Source: Octopus sinensis (taxonomy: Eukaryota). From it: a stretch of 64,000 nt of DNA. The position numbers and the translations under genes were made by a program. Position 1 is the first letter of the stretch; each line of letters starts with the position of its first letter. The DNA lies in assembly GCF_006345805.1 (NCBI RefSeq), contig NC_043013.1, positions 52,452,001-52,516,000 of the forward strand, read 5' to 3'. This document shows positions 27,444-41,005 of this stretch, piece after piece. Below the pieces are notes generated by a model, which was not told where the DNA came from, did not search any database, and worked only from the letters and a program-made list of their open reading frames with translations.

Positions 27444-28700
27444 TACGACTACGACAACCACGACCACGACCACGACTACGACCACCACGACCACCACGGC
27501 CACTGCCACCACCATCTCCACCACTACCACCTCCACCACTACTAGTACCAACACCACTAGAACCCCTACCAATACAACTACCACCTCTGCCACTTCCACC
27601 ACTACCAATTCCACTCCCACCACCACTAGAACCACTATCACAACGCCAACACCACAACCACTGCCACCACTACCTCCAATACGACAATGACCACAACCAC
27701 AATCACAGCCATAACCACAAATACTACCGCAACCATCATAACCATCAGCAGCATCCTTACTACCATCCTATCACCACCACCACTACCACCATCACCACTA
27801 GTACCACCGGCACCATCACCACCACCACCCACCACTACCACCAGTCACAACCCCTACCAACCCCGTTGCCATCTACTACTACTACTACTACTGCTGCCGC
27901 TGCTGCTGCTGCTGCTACTACTACTCTCACCTTCTGTACCTCCACGATTACCATTATCACCACCAGCACCAACACCAGTACCACAACCATTATTACCCCA
28001 CCACCACCACCACGACCCCCAACACCATCCTCTCCTCTATGAATTTATCAACAGTGATAGATAGGTGGCTGGGTGGGGATGGACGGAATTCATTAGCAAT
28101 ATATATTGGTAAAGTAATATATGTAAAGTGATTAGTAATATATTGACAGCAACAACAAAACCATCAACAACAACAAACAAATAAGCAGAAAAAATAATAA
28201 ACAAAACAACATTTATAATGATGGCACAGTATCAGCATCTCCGAAAATGGAGGAAAAAACGAAAAAAATACGACCATAGTGATGATGATGATGGTGGTGG
28301 TGATGGAAGGAGTGGTAGTAAAAGTAGTAGTAGTAGTAGTAGTAGTAGTGGTTGTTAGTGGCGGTGGTTGTGATGGTAGTTGTGATGGTAGTTGTGGAGG
28401 TGTAGGGTGTGGTAGTGGTAGTGATAGCAGAACTAGTAGTAGTAGTAGTAGTTGTTGTTGTAGTTGTAAGGACAGTGGTGGTGATGGTATTGGAGTGGCT
28501 GTGATAGTTTGTGGTCATGGTGGTACTGGTAGTGGTTGAGATAGTAGTGAGATGGTGGTGGTGGTGGTGGTGACGGTAGTTGAGATGTTGGTGATAGTGG
28601 TGGAGTTGCTGGTTGTGATGGTGGTGGTGGTAGGGGTTGTGGTGATTGTGTTGATGGTTGTGGTGGTGGTAGTAGTGATGACCACAACAATGAAAACACA
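27300..28700. repeat. Low-complexity trinucleotide region (CAC/ACT/CGA, then TGG/TAG)
   Basis: Direct reading. Explains the poly-G/V/T/H/P ORFs. Confidence 0.9.
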
Positions 28701-28891
28701 GTAACAATAGAGAAACAAACAAACAAACAGCAGCAACAACAAATATATAAAACACGGAAAACGAAAGCATCAACATTTATAATGGCGGACACGGCACAGA
28801 CATCTGCAAAGAAAAAAGAATGAAGTGGAAAAAAATCGACAACAGTAACAACATCAACAACAACGGTGACAACAAGCACATATATGAAAAA

Positions 28892-29325
28892 AGCGCGGGC
28901 GTAGGTGTGTGGTAAGAAACTTGCTTCCCAACCGCATGGTTCTGGGTTCAGCCCCTCTGCGTGGCACCTTGTGCAAAAGTGTCTTGTACTATAGCCTCAG
29001 GCCGACCAAATCCTTGTAAGTGGATTTGGTAGACGGAGACTGAAAGAAGCCCGTCGTATACATAGATATTTGTGTGTGTGTGTGTGTGGTGTGTGTGTGT
29101 GTGTGCGTGTCTTTGTGTCTGTGTTTGACCCCTAGTACCGCTTGAGAAGCGGTGATGGTGTGTTTATGTCCCCGTTACCTAGCGGTTCGGTAAAAAAAAA
29201 GATCGATTGAATAAGTAGCTGGCTTCAGGAAAAAAGGACTGAGGCGATTCATTCAGCTAAAAAATTCGTCTAAGCAGTGCTCCAGCAAGGCCGTAGTCTA
29301 ATGACTGAAACGAAGATATCAAAAG
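28892..29325 (+). mobile_element. SINE family A, full-length diverged copy
   Basis: Same module order as 19531. Confidence 0.88.
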
Positions 29326-29692
29326 AAAAAAAACAAGAGTAAAGAAAATAAACACAAAAGCAACAACATATATAATGGTGGGACGGCACAGAAGGAACGT
29401 CTCTAATGAAGAAAAAAAATGAAGTTAAAAAAAATTTGATAATAGAAACAACTACATCAACAAAACCCAGTAGCAACAGACAAAACATACAATAACGACA
29501 ACAACAACAGCAGTAACAACTACAACAACAAGGAAACCGACGGCGATTACAACAACAACACAAGCTACCAAAGTAGTCTTTATCACCAGCTGTGATTCTT
29601 TCCTTTATAGAACTACCAGTTTCAAGAACTTCAGTGCTTTAGTGATCAATTGATAAGAAAGACAAGACATCAGCACACTAACGTCATCTTCT

Positions 29693-30019
29693 CCATTTTC
29701 AACCATTTTCAACCATTTTCAGCCATTTTCAACCTTTTTCAACCATTTTCAGTCACTTTCAGTCATTTTCAACCATTTTCAACCTTTTTCAACTATTTTC
29801 AGCCATTTTCAACCTTTTTCAACCATTTCAAACTTTTTCAACTATTTTCAGCCACTTTCAGCCATTACAACCATTCCAACCATTTTCAACCATTTTTAGC
29901 CATTTTCAGCCATTTTCAGCCATTTTCAACTATTTTCAACCATTTTCAACTATTTTCAGCCATTTTCAACCATTTTAGCATTTTCAACCATTTTCAGCCA
30001 TTTTCAGTCATTTTCAGCC
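29693..30019. repeat. Decamer minisatellite (CARCCATTTT)n, about 32 units
   Basis: Repeating CCATTTTCAA / CCATTTTCAG with point variants. Confidence 0.95.
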
Positions 30020-30120
30020 TTACAACGGGAACTGAGTCTGTCTGTGTGTCGAACTTTGTTATCCTCTAATTTTACCGAATGACTCTTTCTTCTAGAAGTA
30101 GTGAGTAAGTAAGAAGAGTG

Positions 30121-30338
30121 TGACAAAACCGTTTGCGAGCCGGGAAAAAATGCTCAGCGACATTTCATCCAGTTACACGTTCTGAGTTCAAATGCTGCCG
30201 AGGTCGACTTTGCCTTTCGTCCTTTCAGGGTCGATAAATTAAGTACCAGTTAGTTACGCACTGGGGTCGATGCAATCAATTAGTCCCCTCCCCCAGAATT
30301 TCAGGCCTTGTACCTATAGCAGAAAGGATTGTTATTAT
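30121..30338 (+). mobile_element. SINE family B copy
   Basis: GTTCTGAGTTCAAATGCTGCCGAGGTCGACTTTGCC...GGCCTTGTACCTATAGCAGAAAGGATTGTTATT tail. Confidence 0.85.
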
Positions 30339-30342
30339 CAAT

Positions 30343-31045
30343 ATGTATGTACACGATTGTATGTATGTATGTATGTATGTATGTATGTATGTATGTATGT
30401 ATGTATGTATGTATGTATGTATGTATGTATGTGTGTGTGTATGTATGTGTGAGTGTATGTATGTATGTATGTAATGTATGTATGTATGTATGTATGTATG
30501 TGTGTGTGTATGTATGTGTGAGTGTATGTATGTATGTATGTATGTATGTATGTATGTGTGTATGTATGTGTGTGTATGTATAGTATGTATGTATGTATGT
30601 ATGTATGTATGTGTGTGTATGTATGTATGTGTGTATGTATGTATGTATGTATCTATGTATGTGTGTATGTATGTATGTATGTATATGTATGTATGTATCT
30701 ATGTATGTGTGTATGTATGTATGTATGTGTGTGTGTATGTATGTGTGTGTGTATGTATGTATGTATGTATGTATGTGTGTGTGTATGTATGTGTGTGTGT
30801 ATGTATGTATGTATGTATGTATGTGTGTGTATGTATGTATGTGTGTATGTATGTATGCATCTATGTATGTGTGTATGTGGGTGGGTGTGTATGTATGTAT
30901 GTATGTATGTATGTGTGTATATGTATGTATGTATGTATGTATCTATGTATGTGTGTATGTATGTATGTATATATGTATGTGTGTGTATGTATATATGTGT
31001 GTGTATGTAAGTATGTATGTATGTTGTATGTATGTATGTATATAC

Positions 31046-31076
<31 letters not shown>

Positions 31077-31140
31077 CATATTTATGTATGTGTATATATA
31101 TATATATGTATGTATGTATATCTATCTATCTATATATATA
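30343..31140. repeat. Long (TATG)n/(TG)n microsatellite
   Basis: Direct reading. Source of the 225-aa MYVC ORF. Confidence 0.95.
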
Positions 31141-31330
31141 ATAAAAATGTGCTAAACGAAATAGTCCGAAGTGGCCGCTAGTGTGTATGCGTGCGTATGA
31201 GTGTGTGTGTGTGTCAGAGTATATAAATGTGTGTGTGCGTGTGTGTATGTGTGTGTATGCACATTTCATAAATATAGATATATATAATACATTTATATGT
31301 TTGTATTACATATATGTATTACATATGTAT

Positions 31331-31371
<41 letters not shown>

Positions 31372-31856
31372 TCTATACATATATATTATATACAAATATA
31401 TGTAATACTAATAGTATATATATATAATATATTGTATATAATATATATATATATATATTATATATATATATATATTATATATATAAACACAACACAATTA
31501 ACAAGCACTCACACATATAACAAGCACACACGTCACGTATACACAAACACACACGCACACAAAGTTTGATAAACAACACCTTCAATCAAATGATGTAAAT
31601 ATTTTCTTTAGCAAACAACATCCATAATCATTTAATTTCACGCAACACATCAAAAAACAGTAAATAATACACACTTAGAACTGACTTATCTCTTTGGGGC
31701 TGTTTAGAATCTCACTCGCACACCACATTTTAAGGATAATTGGTGAAATTGTGCCAATAAACACACTCTCACACATATACGCACACACACGATCTTACAC
31801 TCGTTCACACTGATAATAGTCCTGAATCATGTTATATATATTATATATATATATAT

Positions 31857-31893
<37 letters not shown>

Positions 31894-32350
31894 TATATAT
31901 GTATATATGTATGTATATATATATATGTACATATCTATATACTTATACACATATATTCATATATCTGTATATATATATATATATAATATATATATACATA
32001 CACACACGTACAAACATATATATATAACAATATGTATATATATATATGTATATATATATAATATGTATGTATATATATGTATGTATTAAGTGTCTGTGTG
32101 TACTTATATATATATATATGGCCACAGCTCATAAGCTGAAACTAGAATCAATCAATCAATCATATATATATATATATATATATATAGCATCTGTATATGA
32201 TTGATATATGTGTATAAATGCATATATATTTACACAGGTATATATATCTACATAACACACACACACAGTCATGTGTCTGTATATGTATAAATATATTGTA
32301 GATATGTGTGCATGGTGGTATTATATGTATGTATCTATCTATCTGTGTAT

Positions 32351-32398
<48 letters not shown>

Positions 32399-32613
32399 GA
32401 CTTATGGTGCAGTTAAAATGTCCCTCTCTTGAGCATCACCCCCACCACGATTTTCATGGGTGGTTGAGTGGAGGTCACTCTCTTACAAAGCATTTCGTGT
32501 CTCCTCAAACATCTGAGAATAAATACTTGCATTTATCGCAAACCTAAAATAGGGGCCATGGGAACAAAAAATGCACAGACGAGCATAAATATTTTTTTAT
32601 GTTATACATTTTA

Positions 32614-33056
32614 AAGTCATTGAACTGCGACCATGCCGTAGCACTGCGTTGAAGGATTTAGTCAAACAAAGCTTGGCACTTATTTTATGGGTGACTTTTG
32701 CCGAACTGCTATGTTACGGGGATGCATACAAACCATCAGCGACTGTCGGGCGATGTAGAACAAATAAAAGCATAAAGACACACACACATATATACATAAC
32801 ATACATACATACCCTGTTGTTGTAGAAATTCCAATGAAGGGACCTTGGATATAGGTTAGAAACCGGCTCTTTCCCTATTGGCAAGAAATCTTGAAATAAA
32901 ACTGAATAATGACATTCATACATACATAAATACAAGGCTTTGGTCGATCCGAGGTTATAGCAGAAAACACTTACTCAAGATGCCACGCAGTGAAACTGAA
33001 CCCGAAACCATGTGATTGGTAAGCAAGCTACTTACCGCACAGCCGCGCCTGCACCT
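32614..33056 (-). mobile_element. SINE family A copy with internal deletion and an unrelated insert (about 32810-32915)
   Basis: Head (CTTACCGCACAGCCGCGCCTGCACCT) and tail modules are recognisable on the minus strand. Confidence 0.7.
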
Positions 33057-33842
33057 TTACACAAAATAAAAACCTCAGTATGATAGCATTCATACATAAG
33101 CGTATCAATAAACACACATTTCGATAAACACAAACACTTCTGTCAACACACCTACACATTAATAAGCTCATACTTCGATAAATAAACACAGATACACACA
33201 CACTCATACACTCACACACATTAATAAATGTGCACACATCAAGGTACACATGCACAACATTAATAAACACACATGCATCGATAAATACACATATGATATG
33301 CACACTTACATAAAAAATAACGCATACGCGCCGTTAAATATACGCACGCATAAATAAGGACACTTAGATAAGCACGCGAATGTATTTCAATAAACACATA
33401 CATCAACAAACGCACTCACACATATATACATACGTACGCGATCAACACATAGATATATATCCATAAGCACACACATACCATTAAACACACACACGCATGT
33501 ATAAATACACGCACAATAAACACACACTGCAAATCGCACGCAGACACACGCACGCACATCATTAAACTATTTCGTTCCAAAATATATATAAAATCAATTT
33601 ACTTTGAACATGCTAGATTGATCTTTCTCAATCGATTACGACTTTTTGCGAAGAAATCAGGTGATCGATTCTGTGTTTAACAACGTTCTACAATCTCTGA
33701 AATCAAACTGCATTCTTAAACTGTTTTCATACTTCGCTTAACGTCCTATATACGTTATTGGAAACACGACCTTAACCGAGTTATACGCTGTCCGAATATC
33801 TTACTGTGAACTTTTAATCGTACATTCAATTTTTCCCTTACC

Positions 33843-34252
33843 TAAGGCGGTGAGCTGGAAGAAGAAACGTTAGAGCGCCGAACAAAATGCTTAGCATCAT
33901 TTCGTCCTGCTTCACGTTCTGATTTTTAAATTCCTGTCTTTTATTTTTTGATGAAATACGTACAAAACGAGCACTGTGGGCGATGTAATCGACCATGCCC
34001 CTCCTCTGTAATTGCTGGCCTGGTGCCAAAATTTGAAAGTTATATGAATCTAGCTATAAAGCGGCGAGCGGGCAAAATGCTTAACAGCATTTCGTCCATC
34101 TTCACGTTTCGAGTTCAAAATCCGCCGAAGTCGACTTTGACTTTTATCTTTTCGGGGTCGACAAAATTAGTTCCAGTTGAGCACTGGGGTCGATGTAATC
34201 GACTTAACCCCTCCCACAAAATCGCCGGCCAAGTGCCAGAATTTGAAAGAAA
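33843..34252 (+). mobile_element. SINE family B, two tandem partial or diverged copies
   Basis: AAGGCGGTGAGCTGG head at 33844. Second copy 34055-34252 with GCCGAAGTCGACTTTGAC and CTGGGGTCGATGTAATCGACT. Confidence 0.75.
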
Positions 34253-34352
34253 CCATGAGATTAAACAGTGGGCTATCTTGTGTAGATATGAGTCATATCT
34301 GCGGACTGACAGAAACATTTTAACTCGTATATACATACATACTGTCACCCAA

Positions 34353-34452
34353 NNNNNNNNNNNNNNNNNNNNNNNNNNNNNNNNNNNNNNNNNNNNNNNN
34401 NNNNNNNNNNNNNNNNNNNNNNNNNNNNNNNNNNNNNNNNNNNNNNNNNNNN
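34353..34452. other. Assembly gap (100 N)
   Basis: Run of exactly 100 N, so true length is unknown. Confidence 1.
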
Positions 34453-34814
34453 TTGTGTGTGTTTGTGTGTATGTATGTGTTCATGTGTGCGTATGTGTGT
34501 GTGTGTATGTGTGTATGTGTGTGTGTATGTGTGTGTGTGTGTGAGTGTGTGCGTGTGTATGTGTGTGCTCTAAATGAATCGACAGATCATCGGGAAAAAA
34601 TACTTTATGCTTCTTGCGCTGGCACTTATGTTACGAGTTTGAGAGTTCAGTTCCTGTCAAGTTCAACTTCACTTTCCGTCCAAAAAGGCTGCAGTCTAAT
34701 GAACGAAACAAGTAAAAGAATAACAAAAAAATTATAAAAATAAAAACGCGTTAAGAATTATTGTACCTGGGTGTAAAAGGATTCTACGGGTAACCTGAAC
34801 TTTCATCATGGATA

Positions 34815-34893
34815 GATAGACAGACAGACAGACAGACAGGCAGACAGACAGAGAGACAGACAGATAGATAGAGAGATAGATAGATAGATAGAG

Positions 34894-34989
<96 letters not shown>

Positions 34990-34990
34990 C
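34815..34990. repeat. (GACA)n(GATA)n microsatellite
   Basis: Direct reading. Confidence 0.95.
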
Positions 34991-35969
34991 TATGTTCAAT
35001 CAGTTGGTTATGAAATACCGAGATCCTCAGGGAGAAAAACATGTAAAACATTTAGTGGATGACTAGAAGCAATATAAGAGAGGCGATTGATAACTTCAGG
35101 AACAGAAACAGGGAAAATATAGTTTAGCTTACATACACAATTAAATGAAGGCGAACAATTGTCCTGTATGTATTTAAATTAATGAAACAAAATTTCAGTT
35201 TGCGTGAATACTCAGAAATATGAAGAACTATAAAATAAACCTCATTTTGCAGTAATTCTGAGATTAGAGATGCCAATTGGAGTAAAATATATTTATCTGC
35301 TATTGCCAGTCAATTTCTTTGGCTGTTCTCTGTTCTTTGGAGCAATTTGATAAGTGATCGATATCAATTATTGTTATCTCCTCCCAGCTATGGTGTCTTT
35401 TTTGAAATGTTGCCCTAAAACATTACTTTATTTTTGCGAGGAACCAACAGCAATTGTCATTCCCCCGTGCTTCTTTCTCTGTCTCAATTATTTACGATAT
35501 ATATATGTATATATATATATATAATATATATATATTATATATATATATATTATATATGCATATGTATATATTATATATATATAATATATACATATATGTT
35601 TGTATATGTATATTATATATATAATTATATATATATATTATACACACATATTGTAACAATGTATACGATATATATGTATAAGGCAGACCACTAATATTAC
35701 TAAGTGTATGTATATATGTGTATCTTTGTGAGTGTGTGTGGTGTGTATACGCACGCACAAACATTTATGTTGATTCAGCAAAAAGCAGTGTAGTGCTGAA
35801 TTAAAACTAAAGGATTATTCTGTGAAATACTGTTTGCAATGAAGTTGTAAGAATTGTTCCGGCTCGGAATTTCGCCTCAGCGTTGTTCTACCTTTCTATC
35901 TAACCTCGATTCTTCCTGCTAACATCGCATTTTCCAAATGCATATTCCTGTGTTATGTGAACACATAAA

Positions 35970-36010
<41 letters not shown>

Positions 36011-36141
36011 CTATGTGCGTATATGTGTACGTATGTGTGTATGTATGTACGTATGTATGTGTGTGAGTGCATCTATGCATGTATGCATGTATTGATGCAT
36101 GTACAGATTTTGTTTTGTTGAAATTGAAACTAAGAGTTTGT

Positions 36142-36182
36142 CTCACGACTCGAGTTTCATGCCACTGCGATCGTCAGGCGAG
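36142..36182 (-). ncRNA. Minimal type I hammerhead ribozyme with intact catalytic core
   Basis: Minus strand: CTCGC-CTGACGA-TCGCAGTGGCAT-GAAA-CTCGAG-TC-GTGAG. Helix I 5 bp (one G:U), CUGANGA and GAAA intact, perfectly palindromic ACTCGAGT helix III, GUC triplet. Helix II only partly paired. Confidence 0.7.
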
Positions 36183-36303
36183 TGTCGTCAAAGTCGATTT
36201 CAAATCAAAAATTCAGTTTTAGTTTCAATAAAAAAATACGCCATGTCGTTTGCAACACATATTGAGCATTCCTCTCATTTGTCCGGCTTAAGGTAACTTG
36301 TAC

Positions 36304-36348
<45 letters not shown>

Positions 36349-36565
36349 TTATATATATTATATATATACACATATATATATATATATACATATATAATAA
36401 ATATATATATAATTTATATATTATGTATATATATTATATAAATGTATATATATTATATATATATGCATATACATATTATCTATATAAATTATATATATTT
36501 ATATAATATATGTTATCTATATATATGTATCTATCTTTTCGTTCTGCTTCTCATCTCTCTCTCTG

Positions 36566-36617
<52 letters not shown>

Positions 36618-36698
36618 TGTGTGTTTGCTCGTGTGTGTGAGTGTGCATGCATGAATAGCCATATATATAATTTCTGCCCTTGTGGTAAAATTCGAAAC

Positions 36699-36746
<48 letters not shown>

Positions 36747-36961
36747 GGTTTCAAATTTTACCACAAGGGCAGAAATTTTGGTGGAGAGGTTGATTGGCTT
36801 ACATGGACTACAGTATGCAAATGCTGCTTATTGTATCGACTCTGAATGGTTGAAAATCAAAGTTGACCTTCGGCGGAATTTGAATTCAAGACGTAGCGAG
36901 GAGCGAAATACCACTAAGCCTTTCGTCCTGTGTGCTTACGATTCTACCAGCTCGCCGCCTT
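36747..36961 (-). mobile_element. SINE family B copy
   Basis: GTTGACCTTCGGCGGAATTTGAATTC and CCAGCTCGCCGCCTT. Confidence 0.75.
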
Positions 36962-36977
36962 ATAATAATAATAATAA

Positions 36978-37042
<65 letters not shown>

Positions 37043-37045
37043 GAA

Positions 37046-37076
<31 letters not shown>

Positions 37077-37091
37077 AAGAAAGAAGAAGAA

Positions 37092-37460
37092 GAAACTAAA
37101 ACAATACCTGTTGTCATAGGTGCCCTGGGAATTAAAACAATACCTGTTGTCATAGGTGCCCTGGGAATGATAGCAAAAGGGGCTGATTGCTACCTAACTT
37201 AGATACCAGGAAACCCCAAAATGGCAGAAATTCAAATGATAGTGCTCATGGGAACTGCTCATATCCTACGCAAAATACTTTCTATGTAATCTCAAGGTTT
37301 AAATCAAACATAATTAGAAAGTTAGAACCGGTGAAGAAACCACATTATCGCTGGATTATAATGTAAAGTATTTGTCTCCTTCAAAGAAGTTTGTTTCCCT
37401 ACAACATGGATTATGAGGTTTAAATCAAACATAATTTTCGTTTTCTTTTTTAGACATAAA
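37092..37460 (+). mobile_element. 3' end of a non-LTR retrotransposon with restriction-like endonuclease (R4/Dong/HERO-like)
   Basis: ETKTIPVVIGALG(I KTIPVVIGALG)MIAKGADCYLT*IPGNPKMAEIQMIVLMGTAHILRKILSM* (stop at 37287-37289). Matches the PVVIGALG...LLGTAHILR C-terminus typical of RLE LINEs. One internal stop, followed by 3' UTR. Confidence 0.8.
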
Positions 37461-37467
37461 ATAATAA

Positions 37468-37685
37468 TAATCCTTTCTATTATAGGCACATGGCCAGCAA
37501 TTTCTGAGGAGGGGGATAGTCGATTACATCGAATTCAATGTTTCACTAGCACTTAATTTATTGGCCCCGAAAGGATGAAATGCAACGCCGATCTCGGCGA
37601 AATTTGAACACAAAACGTAAGACGGATGAAATGCCGCTAAGCGTTTCACCCGGAATGCTAACGTTTCTGCCAGCTCGCTGCCTTT
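37468..37685 (-). mobile_element. SINE family B copy
   Basis: AATCCTTTCTATTATAGGCAC tail through GCCAGCTCGCTGCCTT head. Confidence 0.85.
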
Positions 37686-37711
37686 CACCACCTTAAAAAG
37701 AATAATAATAA

Positions 37712-37745
<34 letters not shown>

Positions 37746-37816
37746 TAATAATAATGAAATAATAATAATATAATATAATAATAATAATAAAATATAATAA
37801 TAATAATAATAATATA

Positions 37817-37850
<34 letters not shown>

Positions 37851-37884
37851 TAATAATAATAATAATTATAATATAATATTAATA

Positions 37885-37929
<45 letters not shown>

Positions 37930-37979
37930 ATTATAATAATAATAATAAAATTTTTGTTGTTGTTGTATTTTATATCATA

Positions 37980-38033
<54 letters not shown>

Positions 38034-38697
38034 CAACTGCAAATTAGAGATAGAAATATAAAAAATGGCTGACATAGGACTTTGTGGTTGTCATTTCCAT
38101 TGTTATTGTTTGCGAGTGTCATATGTGTGTGTATGTATATGTGTGTGTTTGTGTCCGTGAACGCATGTGAGTGTTTGTGTTTGGTCTGTGGTTGCATGGT
38201 TTGTGCGTGTAAAACTGTGAGTGAGTGTAACATAAAATAGTGAATCTGTGGGTGTACGTGTGCACAATGCTGGTACGTGGACGTATGTATGTTGTGCTTG
38301 TGACCTTTGGTGAGTATAGCACACGGTGCTTGTGTGAGTGCTTTTGTGCATGTGCATGTGTGTGTGTGTTGTACAGAAGCGTGTGTTTGTTATAGTGTGT
38401 ACAAAACAGAGAAATGCGCACATGGAAACACAAACGTGTGTAGGTGTAGGTATGTGTGTGTATGTGATTGCTTTCCGGAGCTTGGAATCGAGAAATTAGG
38501 AGAAAAAATTTGCAACGCATTATATCACACTTGTATTGAGTACTTCTTTTTCTCCTTGCTCACACTTGACTATTTACATACATGCACATAGACACATATG
38601 TACGTACGTATATAAATACACATATATTTACACACACACACACACACACACACCATATATATACCTGTTTATGTCTATATATATATATAGATATATA

Positions 38698-38738
<41 letters not shown>

Positions 38739-39653
38739 TATATAATATATATATTTATTATACTATATATATATTATATATATATATAATATATATTTAT
38801 TATATATATATTTATATATATATATTCACACACACACATGTACGCACCAAACGAAGAGAAAGAAAGAATCAAAACATCAATGCTAAGAATGAAAGGGAAA
38901 AAAATTGTAAAAATGAAATAAATATAAAATATATAAAATATAAACAAAAATATATAAATAACAGTCTGAATGTCTGGTGTTTTGAACAACGAAGAAGAAA
39001 CGTACCAGGAAACAGGTATTGTGTCAGAGAGAGAGAGAGAGAGAGAGAGAGAAGAAGGAGAGAATACAGTCACAGTGATTATAGACATGTTAGAAGAAGA
39101 GTGAAAAGAGCGTGAGAGAGTAAACGAGTACAATAAGAAAGATATAAAAAGAAAGAAAGAAAAATAGATGAAGAGCGAGATAGAGAGATAAATGAAGAGA
39201 GAGAGAGAGTGAGAGAGAGAGATGAGGAGAAAGATAGACAACGGTCAGACAGACTTGTAGTGTAATTACTACGACTAATTAGTGTATTTAAGGCGCAAGG
39301 CTTTAAAAGAACACAAGAAGAAAGCGGGGAAAACTAAGAACCTGAAGACGAAAGCAAAGAAAATGAAGAAGAAAAAGAGAAAGAGGTAAAAAGAAAGAAA
39401 AAAAGAACGGCAAAATAACTACGAAAAAATGACCAATGAGACGCTAAACTCTGGCTGTGTTTCTTTTTTCTCTTTCTTTGTGTTCTTTCGCGTGTCTTTT
39501 AGACTGAGCTTGGCAAATTTTCAAGAATGGTCATTCTGTCTATTTTACCTTCTATTTGTTTCTTTTTGTATTTTGTTTGTTTAGCTCCTGTTACTATGTA
39601 TCATGTTCTATACATACACACAAACATATATACACATATATATATACATATAT

Positions 39654-39695
<42 letters not shown>

Positions 39696-39980
39696 TGTAT
39701 ATATGTATATAAGTATTTGTGCTCTATTTTTTGTCTTCTTTTTGGTTGTCTTTCGTTGTTCTTCTTATTCACGTTTGATTTTCTTTCCATGAAATCCTGG
39801 AAAAGGAAGAGAAAAAAGGAAAAAAATCATCGAAATCAAAGCCAACATGTAATGATATGTCTATTACATGTATGTGTGTGCGCGCGTGAGTATGTGTGTG
39901 CGCGCGTGAGTATGTGTGTGCGCGCGTGAGTATGTGCGTGTGTTTGGTAGAAGAAACAGGATACGCAGTACTCAACACAG

Positions 39981-40020
<40 letters not shown>

Positions 40021-40269
40021 GCACACATATTAGTTTTATTATTTTTAATTCCTAGAAGTTACAAAAGTCACTTGAGTGCCATGCACCACACTCTCTACCT
40101 TTCATATCACATACTTTTGTAACTTTTACGATGATAAATAATACAAATGTATATACATATATATATGTATGTATGTATTATGTATGTATGTATGTATATA
40201 TGTATGTATGTATGAATATATGTATATAATATACGCTCAAACACACACATATGCATATACAATCATATG

Positions 40270-40315
<46 letters not shown>

Positions 40316-40514
40316 CATATATACACATGTACATACATCCGTATACATAGTCCATTCTCTGAATGTGAGTTCGATGAAATATATTTAGTCTAGACACGGT
40401 TATAAATTTTTAAAATGTCTGATACTCAGTCTTCGAACTTTGAGTTCTGTATTTTAATTGACCTGAAAGATGCTCCTATCAACACACAGACACACGCACA
40501 CACACATTTATATA

Positions 40515-40711
40515 TTCTTTTCTATTCTAGGCACAAAGCCCGAAATTTTTGGGGAAGGGGCCAGTCGATTAGATCGACCCCAGTACGCAATTGATACTTA
40601 TTTTATCGACCCCGAAAGGATGAGATGCATAGTTGACCTCGGTTGAATTTGAACTCAGAACGTAGCGGCAGACGAAATATCTCTAAGCATTTCCTACCAG
40701 CTCGCCGCCTT
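40515..40711 (-). mobile_element. SINE family B copy (inverted partner of 40813-41005)
   Basis: ATCGACCCCGAAAGGATG...GTTGACCTCGG...GAACTCAGAACGTAG...CCAGCTCGCCGCCTT. Confidence 0.85.
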
Positions 40712-40812
40712 CCACATATTTATATATTATATGATAACGGCTCTTGATGCAACTGTCATTAAATAATAAATGTAACTACTACTTAATGTGTTGAGTACCT
40801 ATATAAATATAT

Positions 40813-41005
40813 AGGCGGTGAGCTTGCAGAAACATTAGCACACACTGTCTATACGTTCTGAGTTCAAATTCCGCCGTGGGCGACTTTGCATTTCACCCTT
40901 TTGGGATCAAGAAATTAAGGACCAGTTGCGTACTGGGTCTATCTAATCGATTGACCCCCATCCTACACAATTTTGATTTTGGGCCTTGCGCCTAGAGTAG
41001 AAAAG
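40813..41005 (+). mobile_element. SINE family B copy
   Basis: AGGCGGTGAGCTTGCAGAAACATTAG...GTTCTGAGTTCAAATTCCGCC...GGCCTTGCGCCTAGAGTAGAAAAG. Confidence 0.85.
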
